Source: a virus
Lineage: Duplodnaviria > Heunggongvirae > Uroviricota > Caudoviricetes
Virus record (IMG/VR): IMGVR_UViG_3300029647_000066
Reading direction: 5' to 3' (one strand)
Length of the DNA: 12,210 nt
Shown here: positions 1-8,059 of the stretch, piece after piece
Layout of the letters: each line of letters opens with the position of its first letter
Numbering within the stretch: position 1 is the stretch's first letter
The notes under the pieces: generated by a model
What the model saw: the letters and a program-made list of their open reading frames with translations, nothing else
What the model was told of the DNA's origin: nothing
Database searches by the model: none
Position numbers and translations under genes: made by a program

Positions 1-166
1 AAAGGTGATAAAGCGAATACCTGGGCCGTCTACGGTTCCACAGGATTCAAAGGAGTGAATGCGACCAATAACTGACTTGGTAGCCCCCGCCGCAGCGGTA
101 TTTTCTGTTGTATTACAATTAGTTAAATTACTCATATCGCTTCAATTGGCTCTAGTTAACTCTGGT

Positions 167-1162
167 TTATGGACGCATTATGGACATTCCTGACACCGGG
201 TTAAGAGTCACAGCATCTTGTAAGAAATCCGGTGCAAAGTGTGCGTAGGTCATAGTTTGCTGAATGTTAGAATGACCCAGGATGCGCTGCAATGTGATTA
301 TGTTACCTCCATTCATTATAAAATGTGTGGCAAATGTATGCCTCAAAACATGCACTGCCTGTCCGTCAGGTAAATCGGGTTTTACTTCCCTGAGAGCGTT
401 GCGCACTTTGTAGTAACTGGCATTAAAAAGCCTGCCAGAATTTTTGGTTTTGATCCGTTTAATCAAGTCCTGCGAAACGGGAATTGTCCTGCGCTTTCCG
501 TTTTTAGTTTTCATAAACGTAACCATCTGGTTAATGATGTGTTCAGCTTTTAAATTAGACACTTCACTCCAGCGTCCACCAGTAGAAAGGCAGACCAGAG
601 TCGCATTTAATTCATCACCATCAAGCATGGATAACAGTCGCGTAATCTCTTCACTGGACAAAAAAGCCATTTCTGTAACAGCTTCACGTAACCGCTTAAC
701 CTCACGGAACGGGTTGTGAGAGTGGTATTCACCGGCGTCAATTAACTTGGTGAACATCCCGCTCATTATTGCCAGATGCCGATTTACGCTGGCTGGTTTT
801 AGACCATCGTTCATCATTACAACGCGATAATCAGTTATCGTTTTCTTTGTTAGCTGGTCAGCTCTGGACACTCCCATTTCTGCAAATTTGGCGATTATTG
901 TCGTTAAACGCCCCCGTTCAATATCTCCACGCTCATGTGATTTTCCGTGATATATCCACCATCTGCCTAACAACTCTGTAAGAGTTCGGCGGTCGGCTGG
1001 TTTCTCCAGCCACTCTTTGTTGTGGTAGTTAACCAGTACATGACGTCCGAATGCTTGAGCTTCACCTTTAGTTTTAAATTTCCGCCTGATACGTTTTCCA
1101 TCTGCACCCTGCGGTCTGACGTCCACTTCATAACGACCATCATCGAGCTTTTTAATAGACAT
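167..1162 (-). CDS. int: Tyrosine integrase, P2-family
   Basis: 331-aa ORF with ATG at 1162 preceded by GGAGGG. N-terminus MSIKKLDDGRYEVD and C-terminal HxLRHTFATH, ITLQRILGH and TYAHFAP motifs are typical of P2/186-type integrases. Same strand as, and downstream of, the C repressor as in P2. Confidence 0.9.
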   Translation of the reverse strand: MSIKKLDDGRYEVDVRPQGADGKRIRRKFKTKGEAQAFGRHVLVNYHNKEWLEKPADRRTLTELLGRWWIYHGKSHERGDIERGRLTTIIAKFAEMGVSRADQLTKKTITDYRVVMMNDGLKPASVNRHLAIMSGMFTKLIDAGEYHSHNPFREVKRLREAVTEMAFLSSEEITRLLSMLDGDELNATLVCLSTGGRWSEVSNLKAEHIINQMVTFMKTKNGKRRTIPVSQDLIKRIKTKNSGRLFNASYYKVRNALREVKPDLPDGQAVHVLRHTFATHFIMNGGNIITLQRILGHSNIQQTMTYAHFAPDFLQDAVTLNPVSGMSIMRP

Positions 1163-1255
1163 AAAGCCCTCCGATGACGCTGTTTACTTCTACTACTTGA
1201 AAATTAATGCAATTTTCTTTCGTACATTTACTACACACATATGCTGAATAAATCG

Positions 1256-1555
1256 TCAGCCAGTTTTCTGGTCTGAGTGGTGCAAGGTTGTTGAGTCTTG
1301 CCCAATGTGTGCGAGAGCCGGGGCTATTTGTCCAGCTGCTGGATCTGTTTCATCAAACATGAACCAGTCACGATACTTGCGAAAGCGTGGATGCTTAAAC
1401 AGCTTCATACCTGCTTCCATAGGCATTTTTGATTTTCCTGATTCATATCCATGATATGTGTAGTAATTAATTCCAATTAATTCAGCAAGTTCCTTAGTTT
1501 TAAGGCGTTCGGATTCACGGATGAGCTTTAGTTTTTCACTTTGTTCACTTGACAT
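1256..1555 (-). CDS. C: Immunity repressor, P2 C-type (HTH)
   Basis: The ORF track begins at a TTG at 1573; the first ATG is at 1555 and gives 99 aa. HTH segment LKTKELAELIGINYYTYHGYESGKS and the C-terminal GQIAPALAHIGQ motif match my recollection of P2 C. Divergent from the cox-like gene. Confidence 0.8.
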   Translation of the reverse strand: MSSEQSEKLKLIRESERLKTKELAELIGINYYTYHGYESGKSKMPMEAGMKLFKHPRFRKYRDWFMFDETDPAAGQIAPALAHIGQDSTTLHHSDQKTG

Positions 1556-1648
1556 AATTTTGCTAATCTCCAATTATATTGCTACTTGGCAATTTGTGAT
1601 TCACTCAAAAAGGCTCTAGAAGGCTCCAGTTGGTGAATCGCAAATCTT
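1556..1648. promoter_or_regulatory. Lysis/lysogeny switch region with divergent promoters and candidate operator repeats
   Basis: Intergenic region between divergent C and cox-like genes. Direct repeat AGGCTC at 1611-1616 and 1621-1626 (10-bp periodicity), flanked by an imperfect inverted pair GTGATTCAC (1596-1604) and GTGAATCGC (1633-1641). Exact -35/-10 elements not resolved. Confidence 0.5.
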
Positions 1649-2020
1649 ATGGAGGATAGCAAAGTGACGACAAATGTAGAAATTTCTTGTCCAACTAGCG
1701 ATGAGGCAAGTTTCGAAAATGAAGCCAAACGTAAAAGCATTCAGATTTCAGAGCGCCCATCTGATTTGCTGTCGAAAGAAGGTTTTGCTCTTTACATCGG
1801 TAAGACACCACGCGCGGTGGCTGAAATGGCTAAAGCAGGAAAGCTGCCAGCCTTCTACATGACAGACCCATTAAAACCAAGAGGGAAAGCTGAATTATGG
1901 ATTAATCGCCGTGAGTGGGACAAGTACGCAGCCCAACTGGTTGATGAAGCTCCGACAGAATGGCATGACTGGAAAAATCGCATTAGTTACAGCAAATCAA
2001 GACATGGCCGTGCGGCTTAA
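1649..2020 (+). CDS. cox: Cox-like excisionase / early-promoter regulator
   Basis: First gene of the rightward operon, divergent from C. Segment GFALYIGKTPRAVAEMAKAGKLPAFYMTDP resembles the Cox/AlpA-type HTH region. Start uncertain: an in-frame GTG at 1664 has a better-placed GGAGGA than the ATG at 1649. Confidence 0.7.
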   Translation: MEDSKVTTNVEISCPTSDEASFENEAKRKSIQISERPSDLLSKEGFALYIGKTPRAVAEMAKAGKLPAFYMTDPLKPRGKAELWINRREWDKYAAQLVDEAPTEWHDWKNRISYSKSRHGRAA

Positions 2021-2030
2021 GGTGGAAAGG

Positions 2031-2201
2031 ATGAACGAGCCTCGTTGTATTGCTCAGTTATTGCGTAACGAAAGCCCCAGGGCGATTGACTTCACCATCA
2101 CCCACGGAAAGGGTCGCAAGGGAATCATTATCCGCACCAAAAAACAGAGTCCGTTAAAAAAGGTTCTGACCTTTCTGAAAAGCCGGAGGGTATGGAAATG
2201 A
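2031..2201 (+). CDS. Small hypothetical early protein (P2 orf78 position)
   Basis: 57-aa ORF with ATG at 2031 after GGTGGAAAGG. Its stop overlaps the next start as ATGA (2198-2201), suggesting translational coupling. No recognisable domain. Confidence 0.4.
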   Translation: MNEPRCIAQLLRNESPRAIDFTITHGKGRKGIIIRTKKQSPLKKVLTFLKSRRVWK

Positions 2202-2698
2202 CAGTGATGACGCTCAATCTCGTTGAAAAACAGCCAACAACTATGCGCCGGATAATTGGTAAGCATCTGGCCGTCCCTCGCTGGCAGGAGACATGCGATT
2301 ATTATAATCAGATGATGGAACGCGAACGGTTAACGGTTTGCTTCCATGCGCAGTTAAAACAACGTCACGCAACGATGCGTTTTGAAGAAATGAACGACGT
2401 CGAACGTGAACGGCTGGTTTGTGCAATTGATGAACTGCGCGGGGCATTCTCAAAACGCCGTCAGGTCGGTGCAAGTGAGTATGCATATATTAGTTTTTTA
2501 ACAGTCAGTCAGCGTCGTACTTTATTTATGCATGCGGGATTGACAGAAAAAGAATTCAATCAGCCGTACTGGCGCATTAATGAAGAATCATGTTACTGGC
2601 GTGATGCTTTATTCCGTGCATTACGTGAATTATTCAGTCTGTTTGAGTATGCACCGACAATTCTGACGTCGGTAAAACCAGAGCAATATCTGCATTAA
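2198..2698 (+). CDS. Early replication-associated protein, assigned by position to the P2 gene B slot
   Basis: 166-aa ORF with ATG at 2198 seven nt after GGAGGG (the ATG at 2192 is too close to the SD). Same position and length as P2 B. Sequence similarity to B was not verified. Confidence 0.6.
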   Translation: MTVMTLNLVEKQPTTMRRIIGKHLAVPRWQETCDYYNQMMERERLTVCFHAQLKQRHATMRFEEMNDVERERLVCAIDELRGAFSKRRQVGASEYAYISFLTVSQRRTLFMHAGLTEKEFNQPYWRINEESCYWRDALFRALRELFSLFEYAPTILTSVKPEQYLH

Positions 2699-2761
2699 GT
2701 AATTAACCCGAGTTTTTAACGCACTTAATTGTGCGGGGCTTCTTTTTGCCTGGAGAAAGTC

Positions 2762-2986
2762 ATGCATACAGTTTCTGAAAATCAGTGCGGTAAATACGCA
2801 TTACTGCTGCAACAGGCCAGAACCGAAGCACAGGCCGACGCAGCGACGCGCTTCTCTTCTCATCTTGACGCCATGATTCGCCACATCACAAAGGCGGAGT
2901 TATCCCGCGTGGAGATAGTCGAGCTGCTCAGTCAGGAGTCGGAAAAATTTCACAATATCGGATTATCTCGCGGGGAGGTGCTTTGA
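2762..2986 (+). CDS. Small hypothetical early protein (P2 orf80 position)
   Basis: ORF track starts at a TTG at 2729; ATG at 2762 follows GGAGAAAG. 74 aa. Stop overlaps the next start (TGATG). Confidence 0.55.
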   Translation: MHTVSENQCGKYALLLQQARTEAQADAATRFSSHLDAMIRHITKAELSRVEIVELLSQESEKFHNIGLSRGEVL

Positions 2987-3288
2987 TGTCCTGTTCTCAT
3001 TCAGTTGTATTACTGAATAACGCCTTAAAAATCGCCGTTATGAAAAATGGCGATTTGTCTCTTATTCAGCTTGGTCTTGATAAAGAAAAACGCGAAATAA
3101 CTGAATCTGTTATCGCGATTTATCAGAACGAATTAAACCTCCTGTCTGATGTGGTCAATTTACTTGTGAAACGCGCTGTATTTAACAAGCAAATCTCCTC
3201 CGTGGATGAACTGACGAAATTAACGACAGAAATCGCCAGCTATTGCGCTGATGAATTTAAGAAGCTGAACGACAAAAGGAGCTGGTAA
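2986..3288 (+). CDS. Small hypothetical early protein (P2 orf81 position)
   Basis: ATG at 2986 seven nt after GGGGAGG. 100 aa. Stop overlaps the next start (TAATG). Confidence 0.6.
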   Translation: MSCSHSVVLLNNALKIAVMKNGDLSLIQLGLDKEKREITESVIAIYQNELNLLSDVVNLLVKRAVFNKQISSVDELTKLTTEIASYCADEFKKLNDKRSW

Positions 3289-3512
3289 TGCCGGACAACG
3301 TAGATTTTATTCAGGAACAACAGGCTGAATTACTGGAGCGCCAGATTAACGCGGCAAGGGTAAAACATTGCGGTGTTTCTGCGCTGGTTTGCGAAGAGTG
3401 TGACGCGCCAATACCTGCTGCCCGTCGTGCGGCTTATCCGTCAGCCACGCGTTGTGTTTCCTGTCAGTCAGTCTTTGAAGCAAAAAACAAACATTACCGG
3501 AGAATGGCATGA
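3288..3512 (+). CDS. TraR/DksA-family C4 zinc-finger protein (P2 orf82 position)
   Basis: 74 aa with CEEC...17 residues...CVSC, the C-x2-C-x17-C-x2-C spacing of TraR/DksA zinc fingers. AAAGGAG six nt upstream of the ATG. Translationally coupled on both sides. Confidence 0.75.
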   Translation: MPDNVDFIQEQQAELLERQINAARVKHCGVSALVCEECDAPIPAARRAAYPSATRCVSCQSVFEAKNKHYRRMA

Positions 3513-3784
3513 GCATTCGTATTGAAATTGGCGAACGTTATGTCGTTACCAGTGACAGCTTTCAGTTTATTCTCCACGAGAAAAAGAGAGCGGAAAGCGG
3601 TAAAAACGCCGGTCAGGAATGGCTGTCGGTGGTTGGTTATTACCCGAAATTAAGCCAGCTCGTTTCCGGCCTGATGCATCACGATATTCTGACCGGAAGC
3701 GCAAAGTCTTTTGCTGATTTAAACGCGCAGGTTGAGCAACTCAGCAGGCGTTGTTCAGAGGCTTTTGGCTCATATGGCCGTTAA
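3509..3784 (+). CDS. Small hypothetical early protein (P2 orf83 position)
   Basis: 91-aa ORF with ATG at 3509 overlapping the previous stop (ATGA). Its 3' end overlaps the gene A start by 11 nt. Confidence 0.6.
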   Translation: MSIRIEIGERYVVTSDSFQFILHEKKRAESGKNAGQEWLSVVGYYPKLSQLVSGLMHHDILTGSAKSFADLNAQVEQLSRRCSEAFGSYGR

Positions 3785-6059
3785 AGCCTCCGGGCGTTTT
3801 GTCCCTCCGTCAGCATTTGCCGCAGGCACCGGTAAGGCGTTTACCGGTGCTTATGCATGGAACGCGCCACGCGAGGCTGTCGGGCGCGAAAGACCCCTTA
3901 CACGTGACGAGATGCGTCAGGTGCAAGGTGTTTTATCCACGATTAACCGCCTGCCTTACTTTTTGCGCTCGCTGTTTACCTCACGCTATGACTACATCCG
4001 GCGCAATAAAAGCCCGGTGCACGGGTTTTATTTCCTCACATCCACTTTTCAGCGTCGTTTATGGCCGCGCATTGAGCGCGTGAATCAGCGCCATGAAATG
4101 AACACCGACGCGTCGTTGCTGTTTCTGGCAGAGCGTGACCATTATGCGCGTCTGCCGGGGGTGAATGACAAGGAACTGAAAAAGTTTGCCGCCCGTATCT
4201 CATCGCAGCTTTTCATGATGTATGAGGAACTCTGCGATGCATGGGTTGATGCACATGGCGAGAAAGAATCGCTGTTTACGGATGAGGCTCAGGCGCATCT
4301 GTATGGTCATGTTGCTGGCGCTGCACGAGCTTTCAATATTTCCCCTCTCTACTGGAAAAAATACCGTAAAGGACAGATGACCACGAGGCAGGCATATTCT
4401 GCCATTGCCCGTCTGTTTAACGATGAGTGGTGGATTCATCAGCTTAAAGGTCAGCGTATGCGCTGGCATGAGGCGTTACTGATTGCTGTCGGGGAGGTGA
4501 ATAAAGACCGTTCTCCTTATGCCAGTAAACATGCCATTCGTGATGTGCGTGCACGCCGCCAGGCAAATCTGGAATTTCTTAAATCGTGTGACCTTGAAAA
4601 CAGGGAAACCGGCGAGCGCATCGACCTTATCAGTAAGGTGATGGGCAGTATTTCTAATCCTGAAATTCGCCGGATGGAGCTGATGAACACCATTGCCGGT
4701 ATTGAGCGTTACGCCGCCGCAGAGGGTGATGTGGGGATGTTTATCACGCTGACCGCGCCGTCAAAGTATCACCCGACACGTCAGGTCGGAAAAGGCGAAA
4801 GTAAAACCGTCCAGCTAAATCACGGCTGGAACGATGAGGCATTTAATCCAAAGGATGCGCAGCGTTATCTCTGCCGTATCTGGAGCCTGATGCGCACGGC
4901 ATTCAAGGATAATGATTTACAGGTCTACGGTTTGCGTGTCGTCGAGCCACACCACGACGGAACGCCGCACTGGCATATGATGCTTTTTTGTAATCCACGC
5001 CAGCGTAACCAGATTATCGAAATCATGCGTCGCTATGCGCTCAAAGAGGATGGCGACGAAAGAGGAGCCGCGCGAAACCGTTTTCAGGCAAAACACCTTA
5101 ACCGGGGCGGTGCTGCGGGGTATATCGCGAAATACATCTCAAAAAACATCGATGGCTATGCACTGGATGGTCAGCTCGATAACGATACCGGCAGACCGCT
5201 GAAAGACACTGCTGCGGCTGTTACCGCATGGGCGTCAACGTGGCGCATCCCACAATTTAAAACGGTTGGTCTGCCGACAATGGGGGCTTACCGTGAACTA
5301 CGCAAATTGCCTCGCGGCGTCAGCATTGCTGATGAGTTTGACGAACGCGTTGAGGCTGCACGTGCCGCCGCAGACAGTGGTGATTTTGCGTTGTATATCA
5401 GCGCGCAGGGTGGGGCAAATGTTCCGCGTGATTGTCAGACTGTCAGGGTTGCCCGTAGTCCGTCGGATGACGTTAACGAGTACGAGGAAGAAGTCGAGAG
5501 AGTGGTCGGCATTTACGCGCCGCATCTCGGCGCGCGTCATATTCATATCACCAGAACGACGGACTGGCGCATTGTGCCGAAAGTTCCGGTCGTTGAGCCT
5601 TTGACTTTAAAAAGCGGCATCGCCGCGCCTCGGAGTCCTGTCAATAACTGTGGAAAGCTCACCGGTGGTGATACTTCGTTACCGGCTCCCACACCTTCTG
5701 AGCACGCCGCAGCCGTGCTTAATCTGGTTGATGACGGTGTTATCGAATGGAATGACCCGGAGGTCGTGAGGGCGCTCAGGGGCGCATTAAAACACGGCCT
5801 GAGAACACCAAACCGTCAGCAAAGAAACGGAAGCCCGTTAAAACCGAATGAAATAGCGCCATCGGCCAGGCTGACCCGGTCGGAGCGTATGCAAATTACC
5901 CGTATCCGCGTTGACCTTGCTCAGAACGGTATCAGGCCGCAGCGATGGGAGCTTGAGGCGCTGGCGCGTGGCGCGACCGTAAATTATGACGGGAAAAAAT
6001 TCACGTATCCGGTCGCTGATGAGTGGCCGGGATTCTCAACAGTAATGGAGTGGAAATGA
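3774..6059 (+). CDS. A: Rolling-circle replication initiator endonuclease, P2 gene A family
   Basis: ORF track starts at 3732, but the internal ATG at 3774 (MAVKASGRF) gives 761 aa and avoids a long overlap with the upstream gene. HUH-type motif in GLRVVEPHHDGTPHWHMMLF and paired-tyrosine motif in AAGYIAKYISKNIDGY are hallmarks of phiX174/P2 A-type initiators. Confidence 0.9.
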   Translation: MAVKASGRFVPPSAFAAGTGKAFTGAYAWNAPREAVGRERPLTRDEMRQVQGVLSTINRLPYFLRSLFTSRYDYIRRNKSPVHGFYFLTSTFQRRLWPRIERVNQRHEMNTDASLLFLAERDHYARLPGVNDKELKKFAARISSQLFMMYEELCDAWVDAHGEKESLFTDEAQAHLYGHVAGAARAFNISPLYWKKYRKGQMTTRQAYSAIARLFNDEWWIHQLKGQRMRWHEALLIAVGEVNKDRSPYASKHAIRDVRARRQANLEFLKSCDLENRETGERIDLISKVMGSISNPEIRRMELMNTIAGIERYAAAEGDVGMFITLTAPSKYHPTRQVGKGESKTVQLNHGWNDEAFNPKDAQRYLCRIWSLMRTAFKDNDLQVYGLRVVEPHHDGTPHWHMMLFCNPRQRNQIIEIMRRYALKEDGDERGAARNRFQAKHLNRGGAAGYIAKYISKNIDGYALDGQLDNDTGRPLKDTAAAVTAWASTWRIPQFKTVGLPTMGAYRELRKLPRGVSIADEFDERVEAARAAADSGDFALYISAQGGANVPRDCQTVRVARSPSDDVNEYEEEVERVVGIYAPHLGARHIHITRTTDWRIVPKVPVVEPLTLKSGIAAPRSPVNNCGKLTGGDTSLPAPTPSEHAAAVLNLVDDGVIEWNDPEVVRALRGALKHGLRTPNRQQRNGSPLKPNEIAPSARLTRSERMQITRIRVDLAQNGIRPQRWELEALARGATVNYDGKKFTYPVADEWPGFSTVMEWK

Positions 6060-6511
6060 TGGCAAAAATTCACGAGGTAAAGCTGCACGCAAAATATTTT
6101 GACCTTGTGCTGGAAGGAAAGAAACGCGCAGAGTTTCGGAAAAATGACCGTAATTATGAGCGCGGGGACACGTTGATTTTGCATGAATGGGTGCAGGGTG
6201 TGTATACGGGGCGAAAGGTTGAAGCCCGGATAACAGATGTTACTGACTTGTCAGACTGGCTGGAAGATTATGTCTTGCTAAGTATTGAGCTGCTTAATAC
6301 AGGCGCATATGAGTTTGTGAACTGGAAAGAACTTAGTGAGCGTGGTCTGGTATTCAGAATTAATCATGAAATTATGCATCAGCTCGGCCTTGCTGTTGTG
6401 TATGAACCAGAGACGGGGATGTCTGGCGGGGCAGTGGTTGGTGCGGATGGGATATGGAACTATTCAGATGAACAGGTGGAGCGTGCACAGCAAAACGGGT
6501 GGCTTGGATAA
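6056..6511 (+). CDS. ASCH / DUF3850-like domain protein
   Basis: ORF track starts at a GTG at 6023; the ATG at 6056 overlaps the A stop (ATGA) and follows GGAG. N-terminal KIHEVKLHAKYFDLVLEGKKRAEFRKNDRNYERGDTLILHEW fits the DUF3850/ASCH pattern common in phage genomes. C-terminal half uncharacterised. Confidence 0.7.
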   Translation: MMAKIHEVKLHAKYFDLVLEGKKRAEFRKNDRNYERGDTLILHEWVQGVYTGRKVEARITDVTDLSDWLEDYVLLSIELLNTGAYEFVNWKELSERGLVFRINHEIMHQLGLAVVYEPETGMSGGAVVGADGIWNYSDEQVERAQQNGWLG

Positions 6512-6717
6512 TGCACAGAATACCAGGCGAGATACCGCAGCATAAAACTAAAAATATCAAGCTGATGGCCATTGTTCACCGTCTACAGCAGATTATGGTC
6601 AACGAAAATCTGACGCCCGATGAGCTGGTCGGGTGTGCCGAAATAGTCCGGGATAATTACGTATGGCTTAACTATATCGGTCAGCCCAGCGCTGCACCGC
6701 CACCACGCAGACGATAG
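6511..6717 (+). CDS. Small hypothetical protein
   Basis: ORF track starts at a GTG at 6499; the ATG at 6511 overlaps the previous stop (TAATG). 68 aa, no recognisable domain. Last ORF before the compositional shift to AT-rich DNA. Confidence 0.4.
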   Translation: MHRIPGEIPQHKTKNIKLMAIVHRLQQIMVNENLTPDELVGCAEIVRDNYVWLNYIGQPSAAPPPRRR

Positions 6718-7025
6718 AGAACGCAGCCAGCTCAGGATTGGCGGGGGATAGAATAACGAGCATAGTGATGCGATTAGACAAACAGACTGACTGGTACACT
6801 TAGGATGGTTATAGTGGTTTCTAAGTGCTTTAGCGATACATCTGGTGGACTGTTTTACCAACCTCAGAGTTAGCTGAATTTTTAACAAAATACCATTTTG
6901 ATAGATTTGCCTAATTTATTAATTAAACTATACTGGACTTATACACAGTGTTCTGTTAATTGTTAGGTTGGTAAGATATTGTGAGGAGGTGATTACTATC
7001 TTGGCATCAATCAAGTGGAGGTTAA

Positions 7026-7262
7026 ATGATGAATATATTTGAACGTATTATAGGTAAAGCTGCTATTGAAAAGGAAAGAGAACTGGCGAGGAGGCTTGAA
7101 GCATCTGGAACAAACACTGTTGAGGTGGTAGGTCGAGGCGCGATTATCACGTCTAAAGAAGACTTGGCAAGCTCAGATACAGTAAAATTGATGAAAATTA
7201 AAGCAAGAAAAATAGTTTCTGAGCAGGTAAAGCAAGAAGAAAAAATGGCTAAAGGGAATTAA
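7026..7262 (+). CDS. Small charged hypothetical protein, first gene of the rightward cargo operon
   Basis: 78-aa ORF, Lys/Glu-rich and probably helical. GGAGG at 7017-7021 four nt before the ATG. AT-rich codon usage unlike the backbone. The next gene starts 3 nt after its stop. Confidence 0.6.
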   Translation: MMNIFERIIGKAAIEKERELARRLEASGTNTVEVVGRGAIITSKEDLASSDTVKLMKIKARKIVSEQVKQEEKMAKGN

Positions 7263-7264
7263 TA

Positions 7265-8026
7265 ATGTTTGCTTTATTAATTATTCCATTACTTGTGAGT
7301 GGTTATATTGTATTAACCACTCATCCTTATCATTTCTATAGATTACACCGTTATGATGGGCAGTTGTTATATATGAAGTCAGCCGCCTTTGGTCTGTGGT
7401 GTTTTATATGGACATTGATTATAGCTTACTTAATAAAATGGATATGTCCTAGCTTCCATCCTGTCACGATGGTTCGGGAACAATTAGATCTCAAACTTAG
7501 TGACAATGGTACTGAAAGAATCATAGGATGGATGATTTTACTTTCATGTGGAACGATATTTTTGGCTTGGATATGGAGTGTCGGTGCTAGATATTTGGTT
7601 ATATATAGAGCTAAAATTATAAATTATATCCAAGGGGTAAAGGCTGCCAATATTGATTATGAGAATCTTGTCATGCTAAGGATGAGGCAAGAGCTTATTA
7701 ATGATAATCCAATGGATGAAATATTTTTTGATTCGTTAGTTGATAGACGTTCAATACTTATTACGTTGCAAAATAAAAAGACATATGTAGGAATTGTTAA
7801 CGCATTAGGTGAGCCTAACGAGAAAGAAGGACCTAACCAGTATGTTTCAATCTATCCTATTATCTCTGGGTATAGAGATAAGGATTCATTGAAAGTAATC
7901 TTGGTGAATGAATATAGAGAGCTTGAGGATGCTGATACTAGTATCATCTTTCCACTAAAAGAAATTTCGCAAGTTTCTTGGTTTGATATGGATATTCATA
8001 AAATAGTTGAAAATAATAAGGTGTAG
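7265..8026 (+). CDS. Predicted integral membrane protein (about 3 TM helices N-terminal, soluble C-terminal domain), function unknown
   Basis: 253-aa ORF with AAGGGA seven nt before the ATG. Hydrophobic segments FALLIIPLLVSGYIVL, AAFGLWCFIWTLIIAYLIKWI and IIGWMILLSCGTIFLAWIWSVGA, followed by a hydrophilic domain of about 130 aa. AT-rich. Ends just before a hairpin shared with the convergent operon. Confidence 0.7.
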   Translation: MFALLIIPLLVSGYIVLTTHPYHFYRLHRYDGQLLYMKSAAFGLWCFIWTLIIAYLIKWICPSFHPVTMVREQLDLKLSDNGTERIIGWMILLSCGTIFLAWIWSVGARYLVIYRAKIINYIQGVKAANIDYENLVMLRMRQELINDNPMDEIFFDSLVDRRSILITLQNKKTYVGIVNALGEPNEKEGPNQYVSIYPIISGYRDKDSLKVILVNEYRELEDADTSIIFPLKEISQVSWFDMDIHKIVENNKV

Positions 8027-8029
8027 TAA

Positions 8030-8054
8030 ATGGTCACCTATAAAAGGTGACCAT
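8030..8054. terminator. Bidirectional hairpin terminator between the convergent cargo operons
   Basis: Perfect 10-bp inverted repeat ATGGTCACCT (8030-8039) and AGGTGACCAT (8045-8054) with a 5-nt loop. It sits between the stop of the + gene (8026) and the stop of the - gene (8060), with T-rich sequence downstream on the + strand and A-rich sequence upstream. Confidence 0.6.
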
Positions 8055-8059
8055 AATGC

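Noticed and set aside
444-981. Plus-strand ORFs 444-719 and 769-981 inside the integrase gene
   Set aside because: Antisense to a well-supported integrase CDS, with no SD and low-complexity translations. Treated as spurious.
1911-2486. Long version of ORF 1911-2201 (+) and minus-strand ORFs 2054-2266 and 2241-2486
   Set aside because: The 5' part of 1911-2201 overlaps cox out of frame; only the SD-supported 2031-2201 portion was kept. The minus-strand ORFs are antisense to the coupled early operon and lack start signals.
2719-2750. Hairpin CGCAC/GTGCG with a downstream T-run between the B-position gene and the next ORF, as a possible terminator
   Set aside because: The stem is only 5 bp and the site sits inside a translationally coupled operon. 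At most a weak attenuator, not confident enough to annotate.
3751-5604. ORFs 3751-4083 (+), 4200-4469 (-), 5266-5604 (+) and 5298-5546 (-) within gene A
   Set aside because: All lie within or antisense to the 761-aa A protein reading frame, which carries clear HUH and tyrosine motifs. Alternative-frame artefacts.
1573-6499. TTG/GTG start codons used by the ORF track (1573, 2729, 2983, 6023, 6499)
   Set aside because: In each case an in-frame ATG with better SD placement or an overlap with the upstream stop lies a few codons downstream. The non-ATG starts were treated as ORF-finder extensions.
5984-6888. ORFs 5984-6184 (-), 6336-6545 (+), 6372-6572 (-) and 6583-6888 (-)
   Set aside because: They overlap better-supported plus-strand genes out of frame or antisense. 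The 6583-6888 ORF extends into intergenic DNA without an SD and has a low-complexity translation.
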